Of a stretch of 64,000 nucleotides of DNA, positions 51,100-63,689 are shown in pieces. The DNA is from Octopus sinensis. Its lineage: Eukaryota. The stretch spans positions 66,092,001-66,156,000 of the forward strand of contig NC_043005.1 in the NCBI RefSeq assembly GCF_006345805.1. The letters run 5' to 3'. The notes below the pieces were generated by a model that saw only the letters and a list, made by a program, of their open reading frames with translations, had not been told where the DNA came from and ran no database searches. How positions within the stretch are numbered: the first letter of the stretch is position 1; each line of letters starts with the position of its first letter. The position numbers and the translations under genes are program-made.

Positions 51100-52442
51100 A
51101 TATATATATATGCATATATATATATAAAAAACACCCTAATGGGAGCCTTAACTCCCAAATTTTAGTACTTTCTTTTATGATCCAAAACTAAGTCAAAAGT
51201 ACTGAATGGATCTTTATGAAATTTGGAAATTATATTCTATGCATAAGGGCCACAACCCCCATAACAATTCATATATTTTTGCTGTTGAGGAAATTTTAAC
51301 CATAGATATTGGACACAAATGAAGTAATATTTATAACATTTCATCTTCTTACAAGTTATAAAGACCTCTCCATGGGGACTTAAAACCCACAATTTTGTCA
51401 TTTTATCTAAGCAAAAACGAATACAGTTGTGCTCTTGGAAGCTGTAGCGTTACCCGCGCATAAAAGTTGAGTATTATTTCTAATTCAATGGTACAACAGT
51501 GTAACAGTTTGCTTTGATATACACTTACATTGTGATTTCTGTAATGTGCTGCATAAATTGTCAAGTAAATGAGAAGCATCTTTGCCTCCACTGATTCAGT
51601 TGCAAAGTGTTGAGTAAAGTTATTTGATTTCAGAGATCCTTTCAGTCTTTTTATTATCACTGGGTCACACATAGTCCCCAGATGGTAACATTGATTTCAA
51701 GGTCTTCCCAGATGAGTGACTGGTTATTCAAAGACATTTATATATTGTAAATTTATTTTGTCCAGTTACATTTCAGTACAGTGGCCATTTGCAAACTCCA
51801 ACTTTCATTTCTCCTTAGCCCGCACGTCACACAGTTGTTAATGTTCATTTCAGTTGGGTCACGTCCTTTCAATGGCTATAGATTAGTAATGCATCTTACA
51901 GCTGTGTCTGTCACATGGATGGTGAGGAATCTTACATTGGGAGTGGTAACGACTAGGGTAGAGTAACTGACTGCTTATTGTGATCATTGGTCTTTTGGTT
52001 TCCTGTAGCTTTGCTCTCTTTTACAAACCCAGTGAACATATATTTCCTATTTAAAAGAAATTCAAACAATAGATATAAGACCCAAGTTAAAAAAAAATTC
52101 TCAACAATTCAACTTCTCTGGTTGACATTAAGATGCCCACCCCCAACAGGGGCCTTAACTCTCACATTTTAGAGCTCCATGATCTTCATATTTCAGGAGC
52201 AAAATCTTTTTAACAGGTTCAATAAGACTGGAATTTTGAAATATGCGCATAAAAATCAGTAGTATGGGATATATGTGGCACGATGACAATTTTTTGGGGG
52301 TGTGTAAAGAGGGAAATAACCCTCATCTGCAATTTTGATGAAATTCGAAACATAGATATTCCAGTTCATTAGAGAAAATATAACAGAAAAGTCTAATTTT
52401 TCAATTGTATGTAACATGGGCAACACCGGGTATCTCTGCTAG
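51100..52442 (+). mobile_element. Helitron-like non-autonomous element (3' end clear, 5' limit uncertain)
   Basis: 3' end GGGCAACACCGGGTATCTCTG-CTAG-T (52439-52442); HINE/Helitron-type motif TGAATGGATCTTTATGAAATTTGG at about 51205. Confidence 0.45.
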
Positions 52443-52627
52443 TATATATATAATATAATGTATATAAAGTCTATACATGCATACACACAAACATGCGTGT
52501 ATTCATGAGAGTGGGACTAACACACACACGCACACACCACACATACATACACATATACATGTACACATACACATATGTATATAAGAATAAAGGATTCACA
52601 CATATGTACATACATACATACATATAT

Positions 52628-52680
<53 letters not shown>

Positions 52681-52699
52681 TATATATGTACACACACAC

Positions 52700-52737
<38 letters not shown>

Positions 52738-52809
52738 AAGGATACACAGCCACGTCTGTGCTTTGTCAAAGAAAATTTTGTTGTTCAGAGAGATGATCCA
52801 GGACACCTG

Positions 52810-53125
52810 AAATATTGTTTCCAAAATTTTCCCCCTTGGTGGGAGTGGGGTATTTCGATTGCATCTACACCAGTGCTCGATTGCTACTTATTTTATCGCC
52901 CCAGAAAGGATGGAGAGCAAAGTTAACCCCAGTGGAACTTGAACTGGGAACATAAAGATGGACGAAATATCGCAAAGCATTTCACCCAGCGTGCTAACGT
53001 TTCTTATTTCTTTATTGCCCACAAGGGGCTACACACAGAGGGGACAAACAAGGACAGACAAACGGATTAAGTCGATTACATGGACCCCAGTGCTTAACTG
53101 GTACTTAATTTATCGACCCCGAAAG
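52810..53125 (-). mobile_element. Young Nin-SINE (tail A) joined to an older Nin-SINE
   Basis: Junction AATAAAGAAATA|AGAAACGTTAGCAC at 53004/53005. Confidence 0.85.
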
Positions 53126-53126
53126 G

Positions 53127-53159
<33 letters not shown>

Positions 53160-53186
53160 AAGGATATATATACATACACATATAAA

Positions 53187-53219
<33 letters not shown>

Positions 53220-53245
53220 AAAAAAGCAACAAGAATGGATTAAAA

Positions 53246-53333
53246 TCTCGGTACAATCGTTTCGTACGAGGACATCTTTAATAAGCTACAAAAAATGCAG
53301 TGAATACAGATGGCTCGTACTCGTCAGCTGAAA
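53246..53333 (-). ncRNA. Minimal type I hammerhead ribozyme (left arm)
   Basis: Minus strand: TTTCAG-CTGACGA-GTACGAG-(43 nt)-CTCGTAC-GAA-ACGATTGT-A/CCGAGA. One A-C mismatch in helix I. Confidence 0.8.
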
Positions 53334-54327
53334 AAACATCAGAGAATTCCCAAACATCAAAAGGGGTAGATACAAAAGAGGGTGTAAGATTAACTGCATT
53401 GAAGAAAGTTCGATTCATGGAGATCCGATGAAAGGTTTTAAACTTACAGAATTTGTGCATGTCTACATATAGCTCATATTGAATTGCTAATCAAGTTGTG
53501 TGAAGAAATATTCGGATACAGTCATGCAAAATTTCTGAAAATCCGAGTAAGAAGCAAAGTGACTGTCATATCGTGTAGAGGAAAGTCTGAGTAAAAAGCA
53601 AAGTGACTGTCATATCGTGTAGAGGAACAGAAATAAAGAAATAAAGAAATAAATTGTTGACCTCAGTTCGAATTTTTTACTAAACAAGATTAGATTTTCT
53701 TGTAGTATCAACTTGTGTCCATCCCCTTAGCTTCCCCTTCCCTTTCTCTTTGATAGCTTTAATAGCAGTAACTGATTAAATTCTAATTCCTTCCTCCTCT
53801 CTCTGTGATTCTTGTAAAATTCATTAACAACCTGCACCTCTACAGTATAAGACTGTCACTTTGCTTCTCATTCGGATTCCCTGATATTTTCGCATGATTG
53901 TACCCTAAATCTCTTCACAAAACTGGATTATGAACTATAAGGACATGCATATATTCTGTAAGTTCAAGACTTTTCATCGGATCTCCAAGAATCGAACTTA
54001 TCTGCGATTCTTGTAAATTTCAATAACAATCTGTTCCTCTACACGATATGACAGTCACTTTGCTTTTTACTCAGACTTTCCTCTACACGATATGACAGTC
54101 ACTTTGCTTCTTACTCGGATTTTCAGAAATTTTGCATGACTGTATCCGAATATTTCTTCACACAACTTGATTAGCAATTCAATATGAGCTATATGTAGAC
54201 ATGCACAAATTCTGTAAGTTTAAAACCTTTCATCGGATCTCCATGAATCGAACTTTCTTCAATGCAGTTAATCTTACACCCTCTTTTGTATCTACCCCTT
54301 TTGATGTTTGGGAATTCTCTGATGTTT

Positions 54328-54415
54328 TTTCGACTGATGAGTACGAGCCATCTGTATTCACTGCATTTTTTGTAGCTTATTAAAGATGTCCTCGTACGAA
54401 ACGATTGTACCGAGA
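54328..54415 (+). ncRNA. Minimal type I hammerhead ribozyme (right arm)
   Basis: TTTCGA-CTGATGA(54334-54340)-GTACGAG-(43 nt)-CTCGTAC-GAA-ACGATTGT-A(54409)/CCGAGA. Perfect 7-bp helix II; A-C mismatch at the first pair of helix I. Confidence 0.8.
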
Positions 54416-54562
54416 TTTTAATCCATTCTTGTTGCTTTTTTCCTATTTGTAATCACCCCACTTGTCGTATGGTTAACACCATATAAATTTCCGGTGCATC
54501 CTAGTTAAGGACCATATTCATGTGAATTCATTAGAATTCACTTGAATCTCAATTACTTAACC

Positions 54563-54617
<55 letters not shown>

Positions 54618-54689
54618 CATACATACACACACGCGTGCGCGCACACACACACACATGATAAATGAGAGATGGAAGATGCAAGATGCAAG

Positions 54690-55934
54690 AAATTTTATCA
54701 ATGACTACAATTGTTTCGACACATCTAACATCGGTTCGAACTCTGATGTCATATATCTTGACTTCAGTAAAGCGTTCGACAACGTCGAACACAATATCCA
54801 ATCGTTAAATTTGTTAAATGTTGGAATCCCTGGAAAACTACTACACTGGGTTGAATATTGGAGAACAGAATACAATATGTGATCGGGGGAATCCATTGAA
54901 ACCCAGCAAAAGTCACCAATGGTGTCCTTCAGGGGATTGTCTTGGGTCCGCTTCTCTTTATAGTCTATGTAAATGACTTTTCCAGCATCATAAAACACAG
55001 CAAAGTGAAAATATTCGCAGATGACTCCAAGCTCCAGAAAATTATCAATGGAAAAGAAAACTGCATGCTGTGAGTCAATGGGCAGACAAAAACAAAATGT
55101 AGCTAAAGGAAGGAAAATTTGAGCCGATGCATTTTGAAAGAAAGACTATGCTAAAGTAGCCATACTCTCTTCCTTCAGGGAAAACACTCACAGCATCTAC
55201 TAATATCAGAGACCTATAAGTAATTGTTGACAACAATCTCAGCTGAAGTGCCAACATCAACAAAAAGGTCGATATAGGCTCCTGGATACTAAGAACCTTC
55301 CGGTCCAGATAACAAGGTGCCATCATTCCTCTTTTTCCTCCTTTGCACGGCCATACCTCGAATACTGCTGCCTCCTTTGGTCTCCCCATGCAAAACAAAA
55401 CATTTCGAAAACTGAATCGCATCAGAGGGTATTCAGTAAAAGAATTAAGGACATGTCTGATCTCAATTATTGGGACCACCTTAAAGCATTAAAACTCTGT
55501 TCTTTCCAGTGCTTCCGTGAACGATACATCATTTGTACGATGTGGAGAATATACTACCAGCATTGCCCAAACGACCTCAACCTTACCTTCAAAATTCATC
55601 CAAGGCAAGGACCGCAGGCCATATATCCCCTAACCAATTCAGGATCAGAACACATAAATACACCGCAACACAATCCTTTTCCTCAACTGGCCCTGCTCTA
55701 TTTAACATTGCCTCGAAACAGATCAAAGATGAAAAGGACCCCATCACCTTTAAACGGAATCGGGACAAATTTCTTCAAGAAATACCAGATTAGCCACCTA
55801 TATCTGGATACAACTCATCCAACAAGAACTCCCTACACGAATGGACCATGATACTACTAAAGGATTTAGCTAACCTTACCAGGTATTAAGTTAGACATAG
55901 TCTGGACCAATCTTTGGCCGAAACATGTCTAAGA

Positions 55935-55935
<1 letters not shown>
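54690..55935 (+). mobile_element. CR1-clade LINE 3' portion (RT), decayed, ending in (TATC)n
   Basis: DVIYLDFSKAFDNVEH; GVLQGIVLGPLLFIVYVNDF; IFADDSKL; PYLEYCCLLWSP; LNYWDHLKALKL; KFLQEIPD. Confidence 0.9.
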
Positions 55936-55993
<58 letters not shown>

Positions 55994-56029
55994 TATCTAT
56001 ACATACATACATACATACATATAGTTAAT

Positions 56030-56215
56030 CCAAACATGAAAACACAAAGAGAAAACACAACAACGCGAGGACGTGGAACAAGTATAGTGTTATTGGACGC
56101 TCAGGAAAGGAAAGAAAGAAGGAGAATTTAACGTTTCGCGAGGAGCTCTTCGTCAGAAACATAGAAAAAGGAAAGATCCAAGGAAGGGAAGACGGAGGTA
56201 AAAAATCGCCAACGA
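56030..56215 (-). mobile_element. Penelope-like terminal fragment with hammerhead variant
   Basis: Minus strand 56126-56160: GTTT-CTGACGA-A-GAGC-TCC-TCGC-GAAACGTT-AAAT (helix II mutated). Flanked by microsatellites. Confidence 0.65.
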
Positions 56216-57164
56216 TTATATATATATATATACACATACATAAAGCATCTCAAGAAATGCATCTAAAAATAGCGAAAACAAAATAGAGTAAGCTACTGTA
56301 ATGACAACAAATGATAAATAACCAACAAAAGCCTTACGGGAGAGTAAACTCTGATTATAAATACATTTACTTTTGTTGCATTTGAAAACATATTTCTGGC
56401 GATACTGTAACTTTTTCATATTTATCGGTCTCCCGCCAGACCTTTTTATCTCATACATAAAACGTAACTGCTTAGAGTATTTCGTAGACGACTAAGTGGA
56501 TCAATTTCGTTTATGTTATAACATTAAATCAAGATAAATTTTAAAGATACTGTAACAAGTTATCTAAATATGACAGCTAGCTATCTTGAAAAGAGATTTT
56601 CCTGTGCAATATAAATAACATTTATTACACGAGATATAAATTGTTTTAGATGCAAATCTCAAATTAAAATTCTAATATGTAGCCTGAATGCTATAATTAA
56701 ACATTTCGACAATGTTACTGTTAAATATAATTACATCCATTCTGTTTTCTGATACAAATAATTCTATGTATATTACAAACTTGTTTGATTATATGTCGTT
56801 CCTATAACATAAACCAATTCAGCCGACGGCTGAAAAAGTTCTAAAATGACAGATTACAGGAGATTGCATGGTTTTATTGTGATACTTCTTAAGCCAGTTT
56901 CATAACTTTGTCGTTGTTTTGTTTACAGAGATGGATAAAAATTTACTGTATTAATGAAGGCGCGTGGTCAAGTGGTAAGGGTGTCGCACTCACGATTGCT
57001 AGATCGTGGGCTCCATTTCCGGACCTGGCGTTGTGTTGTGCTCTGGAGCAAAACACTTCATTTTACGTTACCCTACAGGCGGGAGAGTAAGAGAATCGTT
57101 TGCAGGTCGGCGGAAATGCATTAGGGTATATATTCCAGCTCTCTACATTTTGGGTTAAAATATG

Positions 57165-57540
57165 CCTCTTTTACTCTTTTACTTGTTTCAGTCATTTGAC
57201 TGCGGATGCTGGAGTACCGCCTTTAGTCGAGCAAATCGACCCCAGGACTTATTCTTTGGAAACCTGGTACTTATTCTATCGGTCTCTTTTGCCGAACCGC
57301 TACGTTACGGGGACGTAAACACACCAGCATCGGTTGTCAAGCGATGTTGAGGGTACAAACACAAGCACATAAATACACACACATACATATTTACGACGGG
57401 CTACTTTCAGTTTCCGTCTACCAAATCCACTCACAAGGCTTTGGTCGGCCCGAGGCTATAGTAGAAGACACTTGCCCAAGGTGCCACGCAGTGGGAATGA
57501 ACCCGGAACCATGTGATTGGTAAGCAAGCTACTTACCACA
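57165..57540 (-). mobile_element. Family A SINE
   Basis: Near-consensus copy. Confidence 0.9.
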
Positions 57541-58009
57541 TGTGTGTGTGTGTGTGTGTGTATGTGTGTGTATGTGTATACGTGCGCATCACTGTATCAA
57601 TCACAATATCGGATGTAATCTTACATTGTTGGTCACAACGCGCCTTCAATATTTCATTGATTGCGGCATTCTTTTCCATCTTGGCCTAAATCGCTTAACT
57701 AAATATATTGCTGTGGAAGCTTTTGAGTTACACTTTCCGGTCTCTTGGATATCACTCGGCAACTGCATGGGCCCATCTGTTGTAAGTGAATCTTGCGGCA
57801 TATCCGGCTCAGCAGAACTTGTGCTTTCAGCGATCACATCGTTTATTCAGTTCTCGAATTATTTCAGTTCGGATATGCTTTCGCCATGGCATTCCTAGCT
57901 TCGATTATTTCTATGGCTCTTTGCATCGCATTGTAGCTGATCAATGTTCCCTTTTTGCAGTAGCTTATAAGAGCGTAGGTATGACGGTGCTATTGAAAAG
58001 TCTGGTATG

Positions 58010-58896
58010 TACGAGGTGGTATCACAAAGTTCCCGGACTACTGCTGTAGTGCGCCAACAGATGGCAGCACACAGTTGCATGAGTAGTGAGAGTTAGTAGT
58101 GACCTTCAAGAGGCAGTGTGCCGAATGACATCACTGTGTTTACTACACAAGTTGTGAAATTGTGTTTTTGTGATCACGTGTATGTTGTAGTCTGCGATTT
58201 ATGTCATCGACAGGAAGTTGGAACAAAGAGCCAACGTGAAAATTTGCGTTAAAGTTAGGATGTCTGCTACAGAGATATTGAGTATGCTTACAGCGACGAG
58301 ACAATGAGTCGTATGCCATGTTTCAAGTGGTACGGGGTCTTCAAAAGCGGGAGAACATTCCTGGAAGACGATGAATGATCTGGGAAACCTGCCACGAGCA
58401 TCACCCTCGGAAATGTGGGGAAAATTCATCTTGTGCATAAGGATCGTCGGAGGATAATCAACGACATTTTGAAACATTTGAGGGCGAAAGAGACAGGATC
58501 TGTGGAGCGTGAAGAATTGGATCCTTCACGGCGACAATGCACCCTGCCACCGACCTATTCGCACTCCCGAGTTTCTTGCCAAAAAACATGGTACCGCTTC
58601 TGAACCCGCCCTATTCGCCAGATTCAACACACGCAGACTTCCATACCCTCCCCAAGAGGAAAATGTACCTCAGAGGTTGCCGTTTTAAGACCTTTGTCGA
58701 GATCCAGAGCGAATCGTAGAAGGTCCTCGACTCACTTACGGAAAACGACTTCCAGGCCTGATTCCGAAAGTGACAGGACCAATGTATTGCTGCGTAAGGT
58801 GATTATTTCGAAGCAGATGATGTTAAAAATTAGGTAAATATGTTATTATTTTTATTAAACATGACTAGCCCTGGAACGTTTTGATACCATGACGAA
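58010..58896 (+). mobile_element. Internally deleted mariner transposon
   Basis: TIR-like ends TACGAGGTGGTATCACAAAGTTCC / GGAACGTTTTGATACC; peptides LEQRANVKICVK..FKWYGVFKSGR..LEDD and PLLNPPYSPDSTHADF..CIAA*GDYFE (mariner YSPDLAPxD motif). Confidence 0.85.
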
Positions 58897-59294
58897 TGTT
58901 CTTGTTCAGTTTTGCTTTGAACACATTCTTTATTAAAGCATAAACCTTCCACCCTCTCCTTAATCTTTTTGAGATTTTAGTATCCATATCTCGGTGCATA
59001 TTCACTGTATGTCCTAAACAGACATACTAATTTACCTCCTCGAATTCATCGCTGTCCATCTCTATTCGACCTTGTTCTACCTCTTCGTGTCGCATGCATT
59101 TTGTTTACATGCTGTTCATATTAAGGGCTACTGCTGAACTATTGGTGTCCGACCTATCAGCATGGTCTATACATGATCTGCGGTTTCGGCGATAAGTACG
59201 ATGTCATTAGCGAATCGAAGGTGTACTTGTAGCTCGCCGTTGATATTCTCTTACCCCGTCTAGTTAATGTATTTACACATACATATATACATAC

Positions 59295-59520
59295 AAGGCG
59301 GCGAGCTGGCAGAAATGTTAGCACGCCGGCGAAATGCGTAGCCGTATTTCGTCTGCCGTTACGTTCTGAGTTCAAATTCTGCCGAGGTCGACTTTGCCTT
59401 TCATATTTTCGGTGTCGATAAATTAAGTACCAGTTACGCACTGGAGGTCGATGTAATCGACTTAATCCATTTGTCTGTCCCCTTTATGTTTAGCCCCTTG
59501 TGGGCAATAAAGAAATAATA
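59295..59520 (+). mobile_element. Young Nin-domain SINE (tail A)
   Basis: Full head, Nin domain and tail TAGCCCCTTGTGGGCAATAAAGAAATA. Confidence 0.9.
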
Positions 59521-59819
59521 TACATATATGCATACGTACGTACATGTGTGTATGTGTGTGTGAGTGTGTGTATGTGTGTGTGTGTGTGTATGTGTATGTA
59601 TGTGTGTGTGTGTGTGTGTGTGTGTGCGTGCGCGTCTTTGCACTTGCCTTTCTGTTCTTAACAGCCGGTGTTACCTTGTTTACGGTTCGATAAAAAGTGA
59701 TCGATAGAACAAGTACCAAGCGTTACAGTACGTAGATATCGATTTGATTAACTAAACTCTTGGAGGCAGTGCCTCAGCATGTTCGCAGGCCAATGACTGA
59801 AGAAAGTAAAAGAATAAAA

Positions 59820-59906
59820 TATAAATTCTTGTTGTTGCTGTTGTTGTTGTTGTTGTTCTTGTTCTTATTTTTGTTGTTGTTCTTCATTTTTTCTTGTTCT
59901 TGTTCA

Positions 59907-59937
<31 letters not shown>

Positions 59938-60977
59938 CTTCTTCTTCTTCTTCTTCTTCTTCTTCTTCTTCTTCTTCTTTGCCTCTCCTTCTCTCCTCCT
60001 CTCCTTTCCTTCCTTCCTTCCTTCCTACCTCTCTTTTTCTCTCTTTCTCTATCTCTCTACGTAGTTGCCAGTTTTCCTGCATGTTGCCGTCTTCCTGTTT
60101 GCTTCGTCTCTATAGACATCCCCACGTGTATTAACTGCAATAAACTATGCATGAGAAACGAAAACGAAAACAACACAAAATAAAATGAGAAAACAAAAAG
60201 CTTTGCCGCACAAACAAAATATTCTCCATCACCGTTAACGGCTGTATAAACTATTCAAAATATGATTCCATTATTCTTAACTTTATATTTTATAACTGGT
60301 GAGTAAAAGTATTTGACGGGAAAATAAATTGCTGAAAGGAAGAGATACGGAGTCATTGGGTGGTTATTTAGCTTGCGAGAAATACCAGCCGAATTCCTCT
60401 CAACCTTACACCACCGCCTTTAAGAAAAAAAAATACAGGAAATACACAATGATTAGTGTAGCCACTGATATAAAAAACATACATATAAGATAGTTCTGTC
60501 TGGAATATCTTTGATCATAAGTCTTCACGATCAAGCATAGCCCGAAGCTAAACATCAACACCGCAAGCAGCGACAACAGCAGCAAATACAACATCATTAT
60601 CCTCCTCCTCCTCCTCCTCCTCCTCCTCCTCCTCCTCCTCCTCCTCCTCATCATCATCATCAACTGCAAAACAACTGCGACAACAAATATTCATATCTTC
60701 AATATTTATCTCCATATCTCCAATAGCTTCTGGTAAGCTATCGATTAGCAATTAGAAGCAGGAAAATCGATTTTTAACCATTGCAAATTTTTTTCTTCTC
60801 GTGGAGGAGGAAAGAATTTCACCCTTTCTTTGATTATCAATTCCTCTCCATATTTTTTAGTTAAAAGAAATATGGTAAAAAGTAGGGATGGATGTGTAAA
60901 GGGAAGTGTATTTTCTTAGAAGCTTTCAATTTTCTACCATCACTTCAAACCTTAACTTTCCAAAATAATAAAAAAGC

Positions 60978-61010
<33 letters not shown>

Positions 61011-61466
61011 ACACGCACACACGTACACACACGCACACACACACACCCAGTTGAGAATTTCTTTTGATATTTTGCTCCATCGAAAATAAGCCTACAACGA
61101 GTAGCACTTTTTCCTCTTCTTCTTCCCCTTCTTCTTCTTCTTCTTCTTCTTCTTCCCCTTCTTCTTCTTCCTCTTCCACCACCTCCTCCACTCCTCCTCC
61201 CCTTCCTCCCCTTCCTCCTCCTCCTCTTCCTCCTCCTCCCCTTCCTCCTCCTCCCCTTCCTCCCCTTCCTCCTCCCCTCCCCTTCCCCCTTCCCTCCTCC
61301 TTCTCCTCTTCTTCTTTCCCCCTTCTTCTTCTTCTTCTACCCCCTCTTCCTCTCCTCTCCCCTCCCCCTCCCCCTCCCCTCCTCCTCCTCCTCCTCCTCC
61401 TCTTCTTCTTCTTCTTCTTTTTCTTCTCATCATCATTGTCGTCATTACCATCATCGCCACCATTGC

Positions 61467-61503
<37 letters not shown>

Positions 61504-61510
61504 TTCTACC
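59820..61510. repeat. Cluster of simple repeats: (GTT)n/(CTT)n 59820-59980, (TCC)n/(TCA)n 60600-60660, (CA)n, (CTT/CCT)n 61100-61430, (CAT)n to 61505
   Basis: Direct reading; explains the poly-E/D/S/P/G ORFs. Confidence 0.95.
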
Positions 61511-62266
61511 ACCATCCACAGTGTTTTGCCAGCAGTATTTTTTTAAATGGCATATTGATATAGGTTTTTACATGTTGCAGTAATGCAATCCTTCCAACCG
61601 TAGCCATCTCACATTATGCTAGTTGTGAGGAAGATCGGTGTGAAGCTAAACACGAAGTCTAGATTTAATTTTTAGGCATCTACAACATTTTTTTTTTGTT
61701 TTGCATTCGTTATTTTCAATAGTTCATGTATTTCAAGAATTCAATATTTTTTAATGCTTTAAAACGTTCATTTCTTTTGAAGCTTTTATTATCTGTTTGA
61801 AATTTCATTCATCAGTTTTTCCTGCACTCGGATATTTTAACCATTCATATGTTTTAAAAAATTCCTTTAGTTTTAATTGGTCATTATTTGTACTCATGTC
61901 TTTATTCTTCAACCAGTCAATTCATTTTTAAGCATTCTTTTATTTTTGAGGCATTCATGCATCATTCAAACATTTATTTAATTTTAAGCATTCATTAATT
62001 TTTTTTTTAGACATTTGCATGTCTTATAAGCATTCATTTAATTTTAAGCATTCACTTATTTTTAAACATATTTTCCAAGCTTTAGATATGTATTTTACAA
62101 CCATTCATTTGCTTTCAAAACATCTATATCGTTTTAAGCATTCAGTTATTCTTTAAGAATATTTTTGTCTTTTGAGATTTATTTGTTTTCCTGGAATTCA
62201 ATTACATTCAGGCTTTTATTAACTGTTCTAATATTCACTTCTCCAATCATTCTTTTATTTTCTTCT

Positions 62267-62269
<3 letters not shown>

Positions 62270-62330
<61 letters not shown>

Positions 62331-62539
62331 CAAGGAGAAGAATATATATATATATAGATATATATATATATATATATGCATACATATATGTATGTATGTA
62401 TGTATGTATGTATCCATGTATGTATGTATGTATGTATGTATGCATGTATGTATGTATGTATATATATATATATATAATATATATAAGGAGAAGAATATAT
62501 ATATATATATGCATACATATATGTATGTATGTATGTATG

Positions 62540-62571
<32 letters not shown>

Positions 62572-62640
62572 CATGCATACATGTATGTATATATATATAT
62601 ATGCATACATATATGTATGTATGTATATATATATATATGT
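62270..62640. repeat. Compound (TA)n/(TATG)n microsatellite with a duplicated AAGGAGAAGAA spacer
   Basis: Direct reading. Confidence 0.9.
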
Positions 62641-63689
62641 GAGAGTAATGATAACAGGAAGAAAATGCGCTATTCGTTTTTCATTGCATGTAATTAATTT
62701 CAACGCAAATTATTACGCGCAAATTCTTTCAAAATACAATAATATGTACTCAAAAACAGATGATCGCAATGAAATTATCTCAAGAAATATTATCATATAT
62801 GTTCCTAAATACTATATCATATTCAAAATGCATCATTACAATGAAATCATTTCAAGATTACGAATTCCAAAGTACATTTTTTATTCCAGAATACATTATC
62901 AAGCATCCGAGTGCATATAATAATAGAAACGCATTATTAAATATTGTAAAGTACATATAACAAAGCGATTCCATTGTTTATTGATTATATTTATGGCAAA
63001 TGTGCGTGTTTAATGGCATGCATGCTACGAGCCTTCATTTAATATAAAGTATGTTGACTGGAAGTAGCCTCGTTATAGACTCATCAGGTAACAAAGAATG
63101 TAATATTGTATGAGTTTGTAGGCCCAAATTAAGTAGGAATGTAAATTTTTGCATTAAAACTATTCAAAAATATATGGGAAAATATATTTTATAAATATTA
63201 ATATGTAGATTAAAAATAAATGTCAGTAACTGGTTAACAATTTCACCTTGGTTTGTATTTCACAATATAAAAAAAATATTTCTTTATTTCTTTATCATAT
63301 TTTCTGATTATTGATATAGTTGGAAAGGTTTATATAATTTGGTTTCCGAATTCCTGCACCTGTCTAATGCTCACTGATTCGAATTTCACTAGTGCTCTGA
63401 TCACGTATTTCTTATTCGTAAACCGTCATGCGTTTTCTGAGTGACATGCCTGTTTGGGCAATATAATTTTCGCCGTGCCCTCAGCACGTTGACAGGTATT
63501 AAGTTATCTGAAGGGCAGGTGAAGTTGTTTTTCATTAAAAATAATTGCCCATTTTCTAAACTTTGTGCCTTCGGTTGTATTAATACGAATTCCACAATTC
63601 GATCGTCAGTATGTTTAAACTGTCATGTTTTGTACGATGTAGGTAGGTAATTGGGCACTTGTTTAAAGTTTCTTTATGAATATGACTGT

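Larger units (their letters stand above)
53215..54446. mobile_element. Penelope-like non-coding element with 417-bp inverted arms
   Basis: 53215-53631 and 54030-54446 are reverse complements with 3 substitutions; each arm holds a minimal hammerhead. Left end abuts (TA)n. Confidence 0.85.

Noticed and set aside
51403-51990. Complex sequence with an 89-aa minus-strand ORF inside the Helitron-like interval (possible captured gene fragment)
   Set aside because: No recognisable motif and stops in all extended frames; would need BLASTx to support.
55890-55935. GAAACATGTC with an 8-bp inverted repeat
   Set aside because: No CUGANGA core; it is the CR1 3' UTR stem-loop.
57560-57990. GC-richer block with short ORFs upstream of the mariner
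   Set aside because: No identifiable domain; probably an unrecognised TE fragment.
60548-60751. SLPEAIGDM resembling a leucine-rich-repeat motif
   Set aside because: Single short match running into a (GAG)n microsatellite; no repeat series or convincing splice sites.
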